A DNA stretch of 64,000 nucleotides, taken from NCBI GenBank assembly GCA_964549315.1, contig CAZJUY010000006.1:45639-109638 (forward strand), read 5' to 3'. The notes below the pieces were generated by a model. It was not told the DNA's origin. It saw nothing but the letters and a program-made list of their open reading frames with translations, and made no database searches. The DNA comes from an uncultured Chitinophaga sp. Its GTDB lineage: Bacteria > Bacteroidota > Bacteroidia > 2-12-FULL-35-15. The position numbers were made by a program, and so were the translations under genes. Positions 18,025-27,873 of this stretch are shown here, in pieces (position 1 is the stretch's first letter; every line of letters begins with the position of its first letter).

Positions 18025-19674
18025 TTGTTAAAAATAAAGTTACCAATTTTTGTTTTTTTGTTTGCCCTCTTATTTATAGGAGGTGAAAATAGCTATGCGC
18101 AAGTAAACAATAAAAGAGGCGCGAAAACCTATTTGGCTAATGAAGATTACAACCGCGCTTTAAAAGAATATCTTAAACAATATCCCGAAAAAAAAACCGA
18201 TTTGCCTCTGAATTTAAACATAGGGATGTGTTATTTGAACATAAATGATGATAAATCAAAAGCAATACCTTATTTAGATTACGTTTATAGAAGTGGAAAG
18301 TATAATAATAACTTGCTTCTCTATTTGGGAATGGCTTATATGTACAATTATGAGTTTGATAAAGCCATTGGTTTTTTTAATGATTATAAAACAAAATCAA
18401 AAGATATAGATGTAGCAAATGCATTAATAGACAATTGCGAAAGCGCAAAAGTGCTAATTAAAAAGCCCATAAATGTTTCATTTGAAAATTTAGGAAAAGA
18501 AATAAATACTGCCTTTCCTGATTATTATCCTTTTGTTAATGAAGAAGAAAGCATCCTTTATTTTACAACGAGAAGAGATGCAACCATAGGAAATGTGCAG
18601 AGCTGGCAAGGATATTATACTTCTGACATTTATTTTTCTAAAGTGCAAAACGGAAAATGGTCAAAAGCTAAAAATGCTGGACCACTTTTAAATTCGCAGG
18701 AAGATGAACAATGTGTTTATCTTTCTCCTGATGGTAAAATTATGGTCGTTTATATTGATAATCAAAAAGTAGCAAGTGATTTGTTTGTTACTTCGATGTC
18801 TGGTAAAATAAAAAATTTTCCTAAGCCAACAATAATTGATGAGCCTATAAGTTCCGCAGATGTTGAATTTGAAGGTTGTATCACAGAAGATGGAAGTACA
18901 ATTATTTTTAATAGCGACAGGGCAGGAGGTTTTGGCGGAATGGATTTATACATGAGTAAAAAATTGCCGAATGGTAATTGGGGCACACCAGTAAATTTGG
19001 GAAGTGCTGTGAATACTAAATATAACGAAGGGTTTCCAAATTTTGATGAAAAAAACAACATTTTATATTTTGCATCTGAAGGACATTTTAATATGGGAGG
19101 CTATGATATTTTTAAATCAAAATTTAATTTAAAGACACAAAAATTTGAAGAAGCTGTTAATATTGGTTATCCATTGAATACTCCAGAAGACAATGTTCAG
19201 TTTTCATTAGCTGGAAACAAAAGAGATGGTTATATATCTGCTTACCGTAAAGAAGGTTATGGTGATTTAGATATTTATAAAGTGGTGTTTCACGATATTG
19301 AGCCTGCTCTAACAGCCTTTAAAGGTATTATTACCACAAACGACTCTTCTATAAAAGAAATAAATGCTTCTGTAAGGTTGTTGAATGCCCAAACTAAAGA
19401 AGAAATAGAATGGAAAGAGGTTAATTCTAAAACAAAACGTTTTGTTTTTGCTCTTGAGGCTGGTAATTATACAATTGAAGTGGAATGTGCTGGTTATGAT
19501 AAATACACAGAAAATTTTAGCATTTTGGATATGTCTGACTTTACTTCAGTAAAAGAAAAAAAAATACAACTTACTAAAATAGGTTCTGCTCCAATCTCAC
19601 CTGCTGCTAATACTAAACCGCAAGGAGCACCCAAATCTCCGCCTTCAAAGTCCACTGCAGTTAAGCCTAAATAA
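18025..19674 (+). CDS. Secreted TPR/TolB-like (PD40) repeat protein with a carboxypeptidase-regulatory-like beta-sandwich and a Pro-rich tail. It is a paralog of 3964..5922 but lacks the OmpA domain.
   Basis: Signal peptide MLKIKLPIFVFLFALLFIGGENSYA. PD40-like motifs 'ILYFTTRRDA', 'IIFNSDRAGGFGGMDLYMS' and 'ILYFASEGHFNMGGYDIFKS'. C-terminus 'GNYTIEVECAGYDKYTENF' then 'APISPAANTKPQGAPKSPPSKSTAVKPK'. Confidence 0.7.
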   Translation: MLKIKLPIFVFLFALLFIGGENSYAQVNNKRGAKTYLANEDYNRALKEYLKQYPEKKTDLPLNLNIGMCYLNINDDKSKAIPYLDYVYRSGKYNNNLLLYLGMAYMYNYEFDKAIGFFNDYKTKSKDIDVANALIDNCESAKVLIKKPINVSFENLGKEINTAFPDYYPFVNEEESILYFTTRRDATIGNVQSWQGYYTSDIYFSKVQNGKWSKAKNAGPLLNSQEDEQCVYLSPDGKIMVVYIDNQKVASDLFVTSMSGKIKNFPKPTIIDEPISSADVEFEGCITEDGSTIIFNSDRAGGFGGMDLYMSKKLPNGNWGTPVNLGSAVNTKYNEGFPNFDEKNNILYFASEGHFNMGGYDIFKSKFNLKTQKFEEAVNIGYPLNTPEDNVQFSLAGNKRDGYISAYRKEGYGDLDIYKVVFHDIEPALTAFKGIITTNDSSIKEINASVRLLNAQTKEEIEWKEVNSKTKRFVFALEAGNYTIEVECAGYDKYTENFSILDMSDFTSVKEKKIQLTKIGSAPISPAANTKPQGAPKSPPSKSTAVKPK

Positions 19675-19719
19675 TTGGTTTGATTTTTGTTCTAGTATAC
19701 ATTATTAATACTGAATAAA

Positions 19720-20220
19720 ATGAAATGTCTATTTTATGTTTTAGCATTGTCTTTAATGTTTTCTTGTAATACCAACAGTCAAACTGCCAATCAAACATCC
19801 ACAAAAAATATGAGCACAAATAACAATGACACATCAAAAGTTGTAAAAACTGAAGAAGAATGGAAAAAGATTTTAAGCCCAGAACAGTACAATGTTATTA
19901 GAGAAAAAGGCACTGAAGCGCCATTTTCTGGTAAATTTTATTTGCATAAAGAAAAAGGAACCTATGTTTGTGCTGCTTGCGGGGCAGAACTATTTACATC
20001 CAATACCAAATTTGATGCAGGATGCGGCTGGCCTAGCTTTTTTGAGGCAATAGATTCTACTAAAATAGTTTATACAAAAGACAAAAGTCACGGTATGATT
20101 CGTACCGAAATTACATGTGCAAAGTGTGGAGGCCATTTGGGTCATGTTTTTGATGATGGTCCAGCGCCTACAGGACTTAGATATTGTGTAAATTCCTTGT
20201 CGATTGAATTTAAAAAGTAA
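19720..20220 (+). CDS. msrB: Peptide-methionine (R)-S-oxide reductase MsrB, with a lipoprotein-type signal peptide
   Basis: Two CxxC zinc pairs ('CAACGAELF', '[16 protein letters not shown]') and 'GCGWPSF'. The N-terminus [17 protein letters not shown] carries a lipobox. Confidence 0.9.
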   Translation: MKCLFYVLALSLMFSCNTNSQTANQTSTKNMSTNNNDTSKVVKTEEEWKKILSPEQYNVIREKGTEAPFSGKFYLHKEKGTYVCAACGAELFTSNTKFDAGCGWPSFFEAIDSTKIVYTKDKSHGMIRTEITCAKCGGHLGHVFDDGPAPTGLRYCVNSLSIEFKK

Positions 20221-20260
20221 AAAAATGTTAAAAATATTATATGTATATACATATAATGTG

Positions 20261-20268
20261 TATATTTG
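20261..20268 (+). promoter_or_regulatory. Candidate Bacteroidetes sigma-A -7 box (TAnnTTTG) upstream of the YceI-family gene
   Basis: 'TATATTTG' sits ~31 bp upstream of the ATG at 20299, in an AT-rich spacer. The same 12-mer 'tatatttgtaat' recurs at 22311. Confidence 0.45.
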
Positions 20269-20298
20269 TAATCTGAAATCAATAAAAATTATATAAAA

Positions 20299-20901
20299 AT
20301 GAAAAACAAAATTACAATTGCCTTTATGGCTGTGGCTGCAGTAGCAGCATTTGCATTTACAACTCCTAATGCAAAAACAACTTATACAGTTGATACAAAA
20401 ACGACAACTTCGCACTGGTTAGGTAAAAAAGTAACTGGTCAGCACGAAGGAAATATTTCTGTTTCAAAAGGAACGATTATGGTTGACGGTAAAAACATCA
20501 CTGGAGGAACAGTTGAGTTTGATATGACTACCATTACTTGTACTGATTTAACAGATAAAGAATGGAACGAAAAACTGGTAGGACATTTAAAAGCAGATGA
20601 TTTTTTTGGAGTTGATAAATTCAAAACTGCTAGTATAGAAATTACTAAAGTAGCTTTGAAAGATGGTTCTAATTATGATGTAACAGGTAAGTTAACTATT
20701 AAAGGAATTACAAATGATATTACTTTTCCTGCGGTTATTAAAATGGAAGGGAAGGCTTTAGTTGTAGTTGCCAAAGTAACTGTAAACAGAACAAAATTTG
20801 GAATTAAATATGGTTCAGCTTCATTTTTTGATAGCATTGGCGACAAAGCTATTAACGATGATTTTGAATTAGATGTGAATTTAGTTGCTACAACTAAATA
20901 A
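20299..20901 (+). CDS. YceI-family periplasmic (polyisoprenoid-binding-like) protein
   Basis: Signal peptide followed by the YceI-like pattern 'WLGKKVTGQHEGNISVSKGTI...GGTVEFDMTTI...LKADDFFGVDKFKTASIEITKV...DVTGKLTIKGIT'. Confidence 0.75.
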   Translation: MKNKITIAFMAVAAVAAFAFTTPNAKTTYTVDTKTTTSHWLGKKVTGQHEGNISVSKGTIMVDGKNITGGTVEFDMTTITCTDLTDKEWNEKLVGHLKADDFFGVDKFKTASIEITKVALKDGSNYDVTGKLTIKGITNDITFPAVIKMEGKALVVVAKVTVNRTKFGIKYGSASFFDSIGDKAINDDFELDVNLVATTK

Positions 20902-20923
20902 TTACTTGGTTAGTAATTGCAAA

Positions 20924-20958
20924 TAAAAAAAGAGGTGAATTTATTCACCTCTTTTTAT
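20924..20958. terminator. Bidirectional rho-independent terminator
   Basis: 'aaaaaaagaggtgaat tt attcacctctttttattt': a 10-bp perfect stem flanked by an A-run and a T-run, between the yceI stop and the convergent PLP-enzyme stop (20959). Confidence 0.8.
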
Positions 20959-22227
20959 TTATATTTTTTCCAATGCTTGTTCTATATCAGCAATAATATC
21001 TTCATAGTATTCTACACCAACCGATAAGCGAATCATTTTTTCGGTCAAGTTCATTTTCTTTTTTAAATCATCATTTACAGGAGTATGTGTCATGCTGTAA
21101 GGATGTTCCGCTAATGATTCAGTACTACCTAAACTAACAGCTAGCTTAATTAATTTCATAGCATTTAAAACTTTAAATGCTTGTTTTTCTCCTCCTTTCA
21201 CATCAAAGCTAATCATTGCACCAGGCGATAGGCATTGACGTTTGTATGTTGCAAATTGTTTGTCTCCTTTTTTTAATAAACCTAAGTAATATACTTTTTC
21301 AACCTTTGGATGTTTGTTTAACCAATTGGCAATTTTTATTGCATTTTCTGCTTGTAAAGTCATTCTCATTTTTAATGTTTCCAAACTTCGCATCAATAAC
21401 CAGCCTGTATTGGGGGATGCCATTGTCCCCATGATACTTCTAAAAGACTTTATTCTTTTCATAACTTCTTTTGAGCCTACACAAGCTCCTGCAATTACAT
21501 CGCTATGTCCGCCAATATATTTTGTAGCTGAATATAAAACCAAATCAAAGCCATGTTTTAAAGGGTGAGAAAAAACAGGTCCTAAAAATGTATTATCAAT
21601 AGCGGTAATTACTTTTTTATTTTTTGTTGAATATTTTTTTGCAATCTTCACACACATTTTCATGTCAATCAAATCGTTGGTGGGGTTTGCGGGGCTTTCA
21701 ATAAATATCATTGCTAAGTTTGCTGCTTTTCCTGTTGACTCAACAAGTTTTATAATTTCCTCTTTGGATTGGTTAGGCATAAAACCAATACTATGAATAC
21801 CAAATTTTGCTAATACATGTTTGAAAAAATGGTCACTACCTCCGTAAATAGGCTCACTATGTAATAATAAATCTCCAGGTTGTAAAAGTTCTAAAACAGA
21901 AGTGCTAATTGCAGCCATTCCGCTTTCAAATACGGCTCCATCTTCTGCTTCATCCCATAGACAAAGACGATTTTCTAAAATTTCTAAATCAGGATTATTA
22001 ATCCGACTATATATTAAACCAACTTCTTCTTTCGGCTTTAAATTTCTTTTGCCATAAGCAACTTCAAAAAAAGATTTTCCTTCTTCTGCTGTTTTAAAAA
22101 CAAAAGTGGATGTTTGAAATATTGGACATTTTACGGCACCTTCTGATAATTCTGGTTTATAACCATAACTCATCATTAAACTTTCTGGGCGCATTTTCTT
22201 TTTTGTTGTGGCCTTAACTTTAGACAT
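20959..22227 (-). CDS. Cys/Met-metabolism PLP-dependent enzyme of the methionine gamma-lyase / cystathionine gamma-synthase family
   Basis: PLP-lysine motif 'YSATKYIGGHSDVIAGA'. N-terminal 'YGYKPELSEGAVKCPIFQTSTFVF' is typical of the trans-sulfuration family. It is divergently paired with an Lrp/AsnC regulator, as in mdeR-mdeA. Confidence 0.8.
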   Translation of the reverse strand: MSKVKATTKKKMRPESLMMSYGYKPELSEGAVKCPIFQTSTFVFKTAEEGKSFFEVAYGKRNLKPKEEVGLIYSRINNPDLEILENRLCLWDEAEDGAVFESGMAAISTSVLELLQPGDLLLHSEPIYGGSDHFFKHVLAKFGIHSIGFMPNQSKEEIIKLVESTGKAANLAMIFIESPANPTNDLIDMKMCVKIAKKYSTKNKKVITAIDNTFLGPVFSHPLKHGFDLVLYSATKYIGGHSDVIAGACVGSKEVMKRIKSFRSIMGTMASPNTGWLLMRSLETLKMRMTLQAENAIKIANWLNKHPKVEKVYYLGLLKKGDKQFATYKRQCLSPGAMISFDVKGGEKQAFKVLNAMKLIKLAVSLGSTESLAEHPYSMTHTPVNDDLKKKMNLTEKMIRLSVGVEYYEDIIADIEQALEKI

Positions 22228-22310
22228 AATAGAGAGATTTTATTTTATATAAAGGTAATGTAGATCTTTTGTAGTTCTGCATATTCATGAAAAAATAGAA
22301 AATATATCTA

Positions 22311-22318
22311 TATATTTG
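22311..22318 (+). promoter_or_regulatory. Candidate -7 box (TAnnTTTG) for the Lrp/AsnC regulator gene
   Basis: 'TATATTTG' lies ~65 bp upstream of the ATG at 22383, in the divergent intergenic region. Confidence 0.35.
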
Positions 22319-22382
22319 TAATATTATAGATAATAATACTATAAATTGGAATTAACTAATTATAAAAAGAAAAATTTACTGC

Positions 22383-22847
22383 ATGGAAAAATTAGATAAA
22401 TTGGATAAAAGAATACTGCATTTATTGCAAATGGACTCTTCTTTAAATACTAAACAGATAGCAGATGAAATTGGTTTATCTGCCACTCCAACTTATGAGC
22501 GAATTAAACGAATGGAAAAATCTGGGCTTATTCAAAAATATGTTGCTCTTTTAAATAAAGAAAAAGTTGGAAAAAATTTAGTTGTTTATTGTAGTGTTTC
22601 ATTGCAAGTACATTCAAAACCCTTGTTGAAAAAATTTGAACAAGCAATTGCTAAATTGGATGAAGTAATGGAATGTTATCACACTGCTGGAACGTTTGAC
22701 TATTTATTAAAAGTGGTATCAAACGATATGAATCATTATCAAGATTTTATAACAAATAAATTAGCAGCAGCAGAAAATATTGCACATGTACAAAGTTCTT
22801 TTGTGATGACAGAAGTGAAGCACAAGACAGGATATAAAATTGAATAA
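22383..22847 (+). CDS. Lrp/AsnC-family transcriptional regulator
   Basis: N-terminal HTH 'LDKRILHLLQMDSSLNTKQIADEIGLSATPTYERIKRMEKSGLI' followed by a RAM/AsnC_trans-like C-terminal domain. Length is 154 aa. Confidence 0.85.
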   Translation: MEKLDKLDKRILHLLQMDSSLNTKQIADEIGLSATPTYERIKRMEKSGLIQKYVALLNKEKVGKNLVVYCSVSLQVHSKPLLKKFEQAIAKLDEVMECYHTAGTFDYLLKVVSNDMNHYQDFITNKLAAAENIAHVQSSFVMTEVKHKTGYKIE

Positions 22848-22870
22848 AGAAAGTTTGTAGAATAATTAGT

Positions 22871-24208
22871 CTATCTGGAAATAATTATTTTTTTCTGAAT
22901 ACTACTGTTTGTTGTTGTAAATTTTAAGAAATAGCAACCTTGATTTAGATTGCCAACATCAATTTTTTTGTAATTTTCATTCATTACATTTTCAATTTTT
23001 ACAATTCGTCCAGTAATGTCAATTAATTCTATTTTTGAATTATCAAACACGGTTTTCCCAAATGATATTAATAATTCATCTGTTGCTGGATTAGGGCTAA
23101 TCATAATGTTTTCCAAATTGTTCTCTGTTATATTGGTAATTGTTATTATACTAATATTTGAAAAAGCCATATTATTCAAAGAGCGCGAAGGCTGACACGG
23201 AGCGGGTGGAATTACAGAAATAACATAATAATTTAAACCGCTTATCGGATTTATGTCTGTATAAGTTGTAAACCCAGAAGCAATAGAATCATAAAGAGTA
23301 ATCGAGGAAGGTGAATTTCCTCTGCTAATATAGAATGTGCCATAGCCAAATCCACTATATGGATTCCAAGAAAGCTGAGGATAACCCAAAAATAGATTGA
23401 GACTTGATTGTAGATGCATTGTTCTGTGTATGCCTCCTCCATTGTTTATATTTCCGCATGTATCTGCTGTTTGTATTTTGTATTTGTATGCTTGCACCAT
23501 TGTATTAGATGTTATGTCTTCGTAAACAGATGTGTCTGATGATGGAATGGAGGCAATTGTCGAATAAACACCACTTGTACTTGTTTCTCTTTGAATGTTG
23601 TAAAAACCAGTGAAAGAGGAAGTCTTATCCCAAAAAATAAGATTGTGATTACTTACGTTATTTGCTGTTACTTTGCAAATTGGTTGTAAAGGGGCAATGC
23701 ATGGGTTACTTAAGGCAGTTGAATCACATGCTACACCTATAGTAGCAGCATTTGTAGAAAGGGTAAAGGCTCCAGGGTTACCTGAAAAATTAGTAATCAT
23801 AAGAACGTAAAATTCTCCTTGCAAAGCATTTGGAATATTAAACTGTTCTGATAGCCCTGTTGAAAAACTGCAATCGAAAGGACTTGAGCTACCCGAAGAA
23901 ATAGTGCTACACATTGTAGATGAGTTTGAAAATGGGCCCCAAGCTACAAAATCAACATCTAAAGTGGCGCTAGTTATATCAATACTTATATTCCCATCTG
24001 AACAGAGTCCTAAGTAAAACCATGTTGGGTTTGATGTTGCTGTCAGACATCCATAATTTGGACCTAGTGGTGCGGTAGATGATGTTTCTGCTGGATAAGA
24101 TACACTCGTGCCAGTAAGATAAGGGTAAGCGCTATTGCAATTGTTTTGGGCTGCAGTGTTCTTAAGAAACAAAAGTAGTATAAACGGGAGTAGGAAACTT
24201 TTTTTCAT
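22871..24208 (-). CDS. Secreted protein of unknown function carrying a type-A T9SS C-terminal sorting domain
   Basis: Signal peptide MKKSFLLPFILLLFLKNTAAQ. C-terminus 'ISPNPATDELLISFGKTVFDNSKIELIDITGRIVKIENV...GCYFLKFTTTNSSIQKKIIISR' matches the Por_Secre_tail pattern. Confidence 0.75.
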   Translation of the reverse strand: MKKSFLLPFILLLFLKNTAAQNNCNSAYPYLTGTSVSYPAETSSTAPLGPNYGCLTATSNPTWFYLGLCSDGNISIDITSATLDVDFVAWGPFSNSSTMCSTISSGSSSPFDCSFSTGLSEQFNIPNALQGEFYVLMITNFSGNPGAFTLSTNAATIGVACDSTALSNPCIAPLQPICKVTANNVSNHNLIFWDKTSSFTGFYNIQRETSTSGVYSTIASIPSSDTSVYEDITSNTMVQAYKYKIQTADTCGNINNGGGIHRTMHLQSSLNLFLGYPQLSWNPYSGFGYGTFYISRGNSPSSITLYDSIASGFTTYTDINPISGLNYYVISVIPPAPCQPSRSLNNMAFSNISIITITNITENNLENIMISPNPATDELLISFGKTVFDNSKIELIDITGRIVKIENVMNENYKKIDVGNLNQGCYFLKFTTTNSSIQKKIIISR

Positions 24209-24252
24209 GGAGCAAATTTTAAGTCTATATCAAATATAGCATAATTTTAAAA

Positions 24253-24300
24253 AAAAGCAAAAACAAAAGCCTGGATTTCCAGGCTTTTGTTTTTGCTTTT
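24253..24300 (-). terminator. Rho-independent terminator downstream of recQ
   Basis: Long perfect dyad 'aaaagcaaaaacaaaagcctgga tt tccaggcttttgtttttgctttt' immediately 3' of the recQ stop (24301), with a T-run on the transcribed strand. Confidence 0.8.
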
Positions 24301-26505
24301 TTAATTTCCAAATTCACTCATAAATCGAATACGCATTAATCGCATTTCTTCTTCGGTATATTCATCTTCACCTAATTCTTTTAAGGCTGCATCTATTGAA
24401 TCGCTTTCTGATTCTTTAAAATATTCCATTGCTTCTTCTTGTTTATCTTCATCCATGATATCATTTAAATAATAAGTGATATTCACTTTTGTTCCAGAAG
24501 AAACAATGCTTTCAATTTCTGTGATCAAATCTGTTAATGTTAATCCTTTTGCTTTTGCAACATCTTCTAATTTTAATTTACGGTCAATACTTTGTATGAT
24601 GTAAACTTTTAAACCAGATTTGTTTACAATGGATTTTACTACCATGTCTAATGGTCGTTCGATCTCATTTTCGTCAACATATTTTGCAATTAAATCAATA
24701 AATGGTTTTCCGAATTTTTGAGCTTTACCTTGTCCAACACCAGTAATGTTAACCAATTCATCCATTTTAATTGGATATTGAATTGCCATTTCTTGTAAAG
24801 ATATTTCTTGGAAAATTACATAAGGAGGTAATTTTAATTTGTTTGCTGTTTGTTTTAATAAATCTTTTAATGCAGCAAATAAGGCTTCATCAGCTCCTGC
24901 GCTTCCACCTTTTGCTCCGCTTGGTCCGTCATCGTCATCGCTTTCTGTCCCTTCGTAGTCATGATCTTTTGTTACCATTACACTATAAGGTTTATCCATG
25001 AATTTTTTTCCTTCTGCTGTAACTTTTAATAAACCGTAATTTTCAATGTCTTTAGATAAAAGACCAGTTACCAACGCTTGACGTATTACAGCATTCCAAT
25101 ATTTTTCTGTTTTATCATCTTCTGCACCTTTTCCGTAACACTCTAAATCATTGTGTTTGTATGTTTTTACAGTAGATGTTAAATTGCCGAGAAGAATATT
25201 AATAATATCTTTTGTTTTAAATTTTTCTTTTACATCCAAAACAGCTTCAATAGCTAAAGCTACATCATCCATTCCTTCAAATTTTTGTTTTGGGTTACGA
25301 CAGTTGTCGCACATTGAATTACACCCTTTTTCATCAAATTCTTCACCAAAGTAGTGCAATAAAAATTTTCTACGGCAACTAGAAGTTTCGGCATAAGAAA
25401 CCGTTTCTGTTAAAAGTTGTTTCCCAATTTCTTGTTCAGCAACAGGCTTGCCTTTCATGAATTTTTCAAGTTTTACAATATCATCATAACTGTAAAACGT
25501 AACACAATTTCCTTCACCACCATCACGTCCAGCACGTCCAGTTTCTTGGTAGTAGCCTTCAAGTGATTTAGGAATGTCGTGGTGTATAACAAAACGAACA
25601 TCTGGTTTATCGATTCCCATTCCAAATGCAATTGTTGCAACAATCACATCAATATCTTCCATCAAAAATGCATCTTGTGTAGCGGCACGTTCTTTTGCTT
25701 CTAAACCAGCATGGTAAGGAGCTGCTTTAATTCCATTTACTTTTAATGTTTCTGCTAACTCTTCAACTTTTTTACGGCTCAAGCAATAAACAATTCCAGA
25801 TTTTCCTTGTTGACCTTTTATATATTTTATAATTTCTTTTGCTACATTTTGTTTTGGACGAATTTCATAATATAAATTATTACGATTAAAAGATGACTTA
25901 AAAACATTGGCTTTTGTCATGCCTAAGTTTTTTTGAATGTCTTGCTGCACTTTTGGAGTTGCAGTAGCAGTAAGCGCAATAATAGGAACTTTACCAATGT
26001 TTTCTATAATTGGTCTTAATCTGCGGTATTCTGGTCTGAAATCATGTCCCCATTCCGAAATACAATGTGCCTCATCAATTGCAAAAAAAGAAATAGTTAT
26101 TTCATTAAAAAAAGCAATGTTTTCTTCTTTGGTTAAACTTTCGGGAGCAACATATAGTAATTTTGTTTTTCCAGATTTAATATCACTTTTAACTTTTGCA
26201 ATTTCTGTTTTATTTAACGATGAATTTAAAAAGTGAGCAATACCTTCTTCATTACCAAAATTTCTTAATGCATCTACCTGGTTTTTCATTAATGCAATTA
26301 AAGGAGAAACGATAATTGCTGTGCCTTCACTTACCAAAGCAGGTAATTGATAGCATAAAGATTTACCACCACCTGTTGGCATAATAACAAATGTGTCTTT
26401 GCCATCAAGCACACTACTAATAATTTCCTCTTGTTGACCTTTAAAACTATCGAATCCGAAAAATTTTTGTAAACATTCTTGAAGAGAAGTCTCTGTTACC
26501 ACCAT
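24301..26505 (-). CDS. recQ: ATP-dependent DNA helicase RecQ
   Basis: 'FGFDSFKGQQEEIISSVLDGKDTFVIMPTGGGKSLCYQLPAL', a DEAH box 'FAIDEAHCISEWGHDFRPEY', an RQC zinc-binding Cys cluster and a C-terminal HRDC-like region. Length is 734 aa. Confidence 0.9.
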   Translation of the reverse strand: MVVTETSLQECLQKFFGFDSFKGQQEEIISSVLDGKDTFVIMPTGGGKSLCYQLPALVSEGTAIIVSPLIALMKNQVDALRNFGNEEGIAHFLNSSLNKTEIAKVKSDIKSGKTKLLYVAPESLTKEENIAFFNEITISFFAIDEAHCISEWGHDFRPEYRRLRPIIENIGKVPIIALTATATPKVQQDIQKNLGMTKANVFKSSFNRNNLYYEIRPKQNVAKEIIKYIKGQQGKSGIVYCLSRKKVEELAETLKVNGIKAAPYHAGLEAKERAATQDAFLMEDIDVIVATIAFGMGIDKPDVRFVIHHDIPKSLEGYYQETGRAGRDGGEGNCVTFYSYDDIVKLEKFMKGKPVAEQEIGKQLLTETVSYAETSSCRRKFLLHYFGEEFDEKGCNSMCDNCRNPKQKFEGMDDVALAIEAVLDVKEKFKTKDIINILLGNLTSTVKTYKHNDLECYGKGAEDDKTEKYWNAVIRQALVTGLLSKDIENYGLLKVTAEGKKFMDKPYSVMVTKDHDYEGTESDDDDGPSGAKGGSAGADEALFAALKDLLKQTANKLKLPPYVIFQEISLQEMAIQYPIKMDELVNITGVGQGKAQKFGKPFIDLIAKYVDENEIERPLDMVVKSIVNKSGLKVYIIQSIDRKLKLEDVAKAKGLTLTDLITEIESIVSSGTKVNITYYLNDIMDEDKQEEAMEYFKESESDSIDAALKELGEDEYTEEEMRLMRIRFMSEFGN

Positions 26506-26677
26506 TTTAATAATTTATTTTTTGCGTATTAGTACTGAAAAATTATTTTTGTTTGTTCATTTATTACTTGTAAATATATAATAAAAAATTGTTACACAGC
26601 CAAACATTTCTATACTTTAATTTAATTTTTCTACGAAGTGAATAATTCTATCGATAAAATATTTTACTTTTACCGAA

Positions 26678-27394
26678 ATGCTCAAAATAGCTGCAATTGT
26701 TCCTGCTTATAACGAAGAAAAATCGATAGAAAATGTTGTAAAAAGTATTAATTCTATTGATTCAAATGGTCTATTTTCAATTGATGTAATTGTTATAAAT
26801 GACTGTTCAAAAGATTCAACATCTGATATTATTCATTCATTAAAATGCATCGCCTTGGACTTGCCAATTAATTTGGGCATTGGAGGTGCAGTGCAAACTG
26901 GGTTTAAATACGCCTTTGAAAATAATTATGATTTTGCTATTCAAGTGGATGGTGACGGACAGCATCCCGCCAATGAAATATATAAAATTGTGAAAGATGC
27001 TGTGGATCATAATGCTGATGTTGCAATAGGTTCACGGTTTATTAATAAACAAGGGTTTCAATCTTCTGCTATGAGAAGATTTGGAATAAATTATTTTAGA
27101 AAACTAAATAATTTGTTGGTCGGTATAGTTGTTACAGATAGCACTTCTGGTTTTCGATTGATAAATAAAAAGGTTTTGGAAAAAGTGAGCGAATATTACC
27201 CTGATGAATACCCAGAACCTGAAGCAATTATTTTATATGCATTAAATAATTTTAAAATTATAGAAGTGCCTGTTAATATGATGGAAAGGCAAGGTGGTGT
27301 TTCGTCAATTGGTTTTATGTCTTCTATTTATTACATGTTTAAAGTTAGTTTGGCAATTATTTATACTTTTATCCGATTAAAATTTAAGAAGTAA
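26678..27394 (+). CDS. Family-2 glycosyltransferase (polyprenol-phosphate / DPM1-like)
   Basis: 'IVPAYNEEKSIENVV', 'VIVINDCSKDST', 'DGDGQHPANEI' and a C-terminal TM. Confidence 0.8.
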   Translation: MLKIAAIVPAYNEEKSIENVVKSINSIDSNGLFSIDVIVINDCSKDSTSDIIHSLKCIALDLPINLGIGGAVQTGFKYAFENNYDFAIQVDGDGQHPANEIYKIVKDAVDHNADVAIGSRFINKQGFQSSAMRRFGINYFRKLNNLLVGIVVTDSTSGFRLINKKVLEKVSEYYPDEYPEPEAIILYALNNFKIIEVPVNMMERQGGVSSIGFMSSIYYMFKVSLAIIYTFIRLKFKK

Positions 27395-27399
27395 GCCTT

Positions 27400-27873
27400 A
27401 TGCAAACAAAATATTTTAAAGTGAATAAGAAAGAGTATTGTCATATTACGGATGAAAATATTTTTGTTACTAATGAAAAAATTCCAACACGTATTCCTTT
27501 AGAGTATGATTTAAGTGAAGCTTGGAGTGTAAAAAGCATACTGAATTATATATTTTTTGGTTTGCTATTTATTTACACAGCAATATCTATTAATTATTAT
27601 GGAGTAAATTTTTTCAAGCATATCGAAAATTACGGAGCTATTTTATTGTTGCTTCTTTCTTTTGTTCGTATGAAAAATGGCCTTCTGTCGAGTTACACGC
27701 CTACAATAAATCGTTCAAGTATTAAATCTGTTTATTTTAAAACTCCGTTTTTTTCGTTTGCTCGACTTGTAATTTATTTTGAAGGGCCAGAGGGCAAAAC
27801 ATTAAGAAAAGTAATTCCTATTTTATATAAAAAACAAGCAGAGTCAATTTTGAAAGAATTAAAATTAATTTAA
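27400..27873 (+). CDS. Small hypothetical membrane protein (2-3 predicted TM segments)
   Basis: The ORF follows the GT2 gene after a 5-bp gap. Hydrophobic stretches 'ILNYIFFGLLFIYTAISI' and 'AILLLLLSFV'. I recognise no family. Confidence 0.45.
   Translation: MQTKYFKVNKKEYCHITDENIFVTNEKIPTRIPLEYDLSEAWSVKSILNYIFFGLLFIYTAISINYYGVNFFKHIENYGAILLLLLSFVRMKNGLLSSYTPTINRSSIKSVYFKTPFFSFARLVIYFEGPEGKTLRKVIPILYKKQAESILKELKLI

Noticed and set aside
27400-27873. Small membrane protein after the GT2 gene considered as a GtrA-like flippase partner
   Set aside because: Its length and predicted topology (2-3 TM with a long N-terminal soluble segment) do not fit the compact 4-TM GtrA family. I left it as hypothetical.
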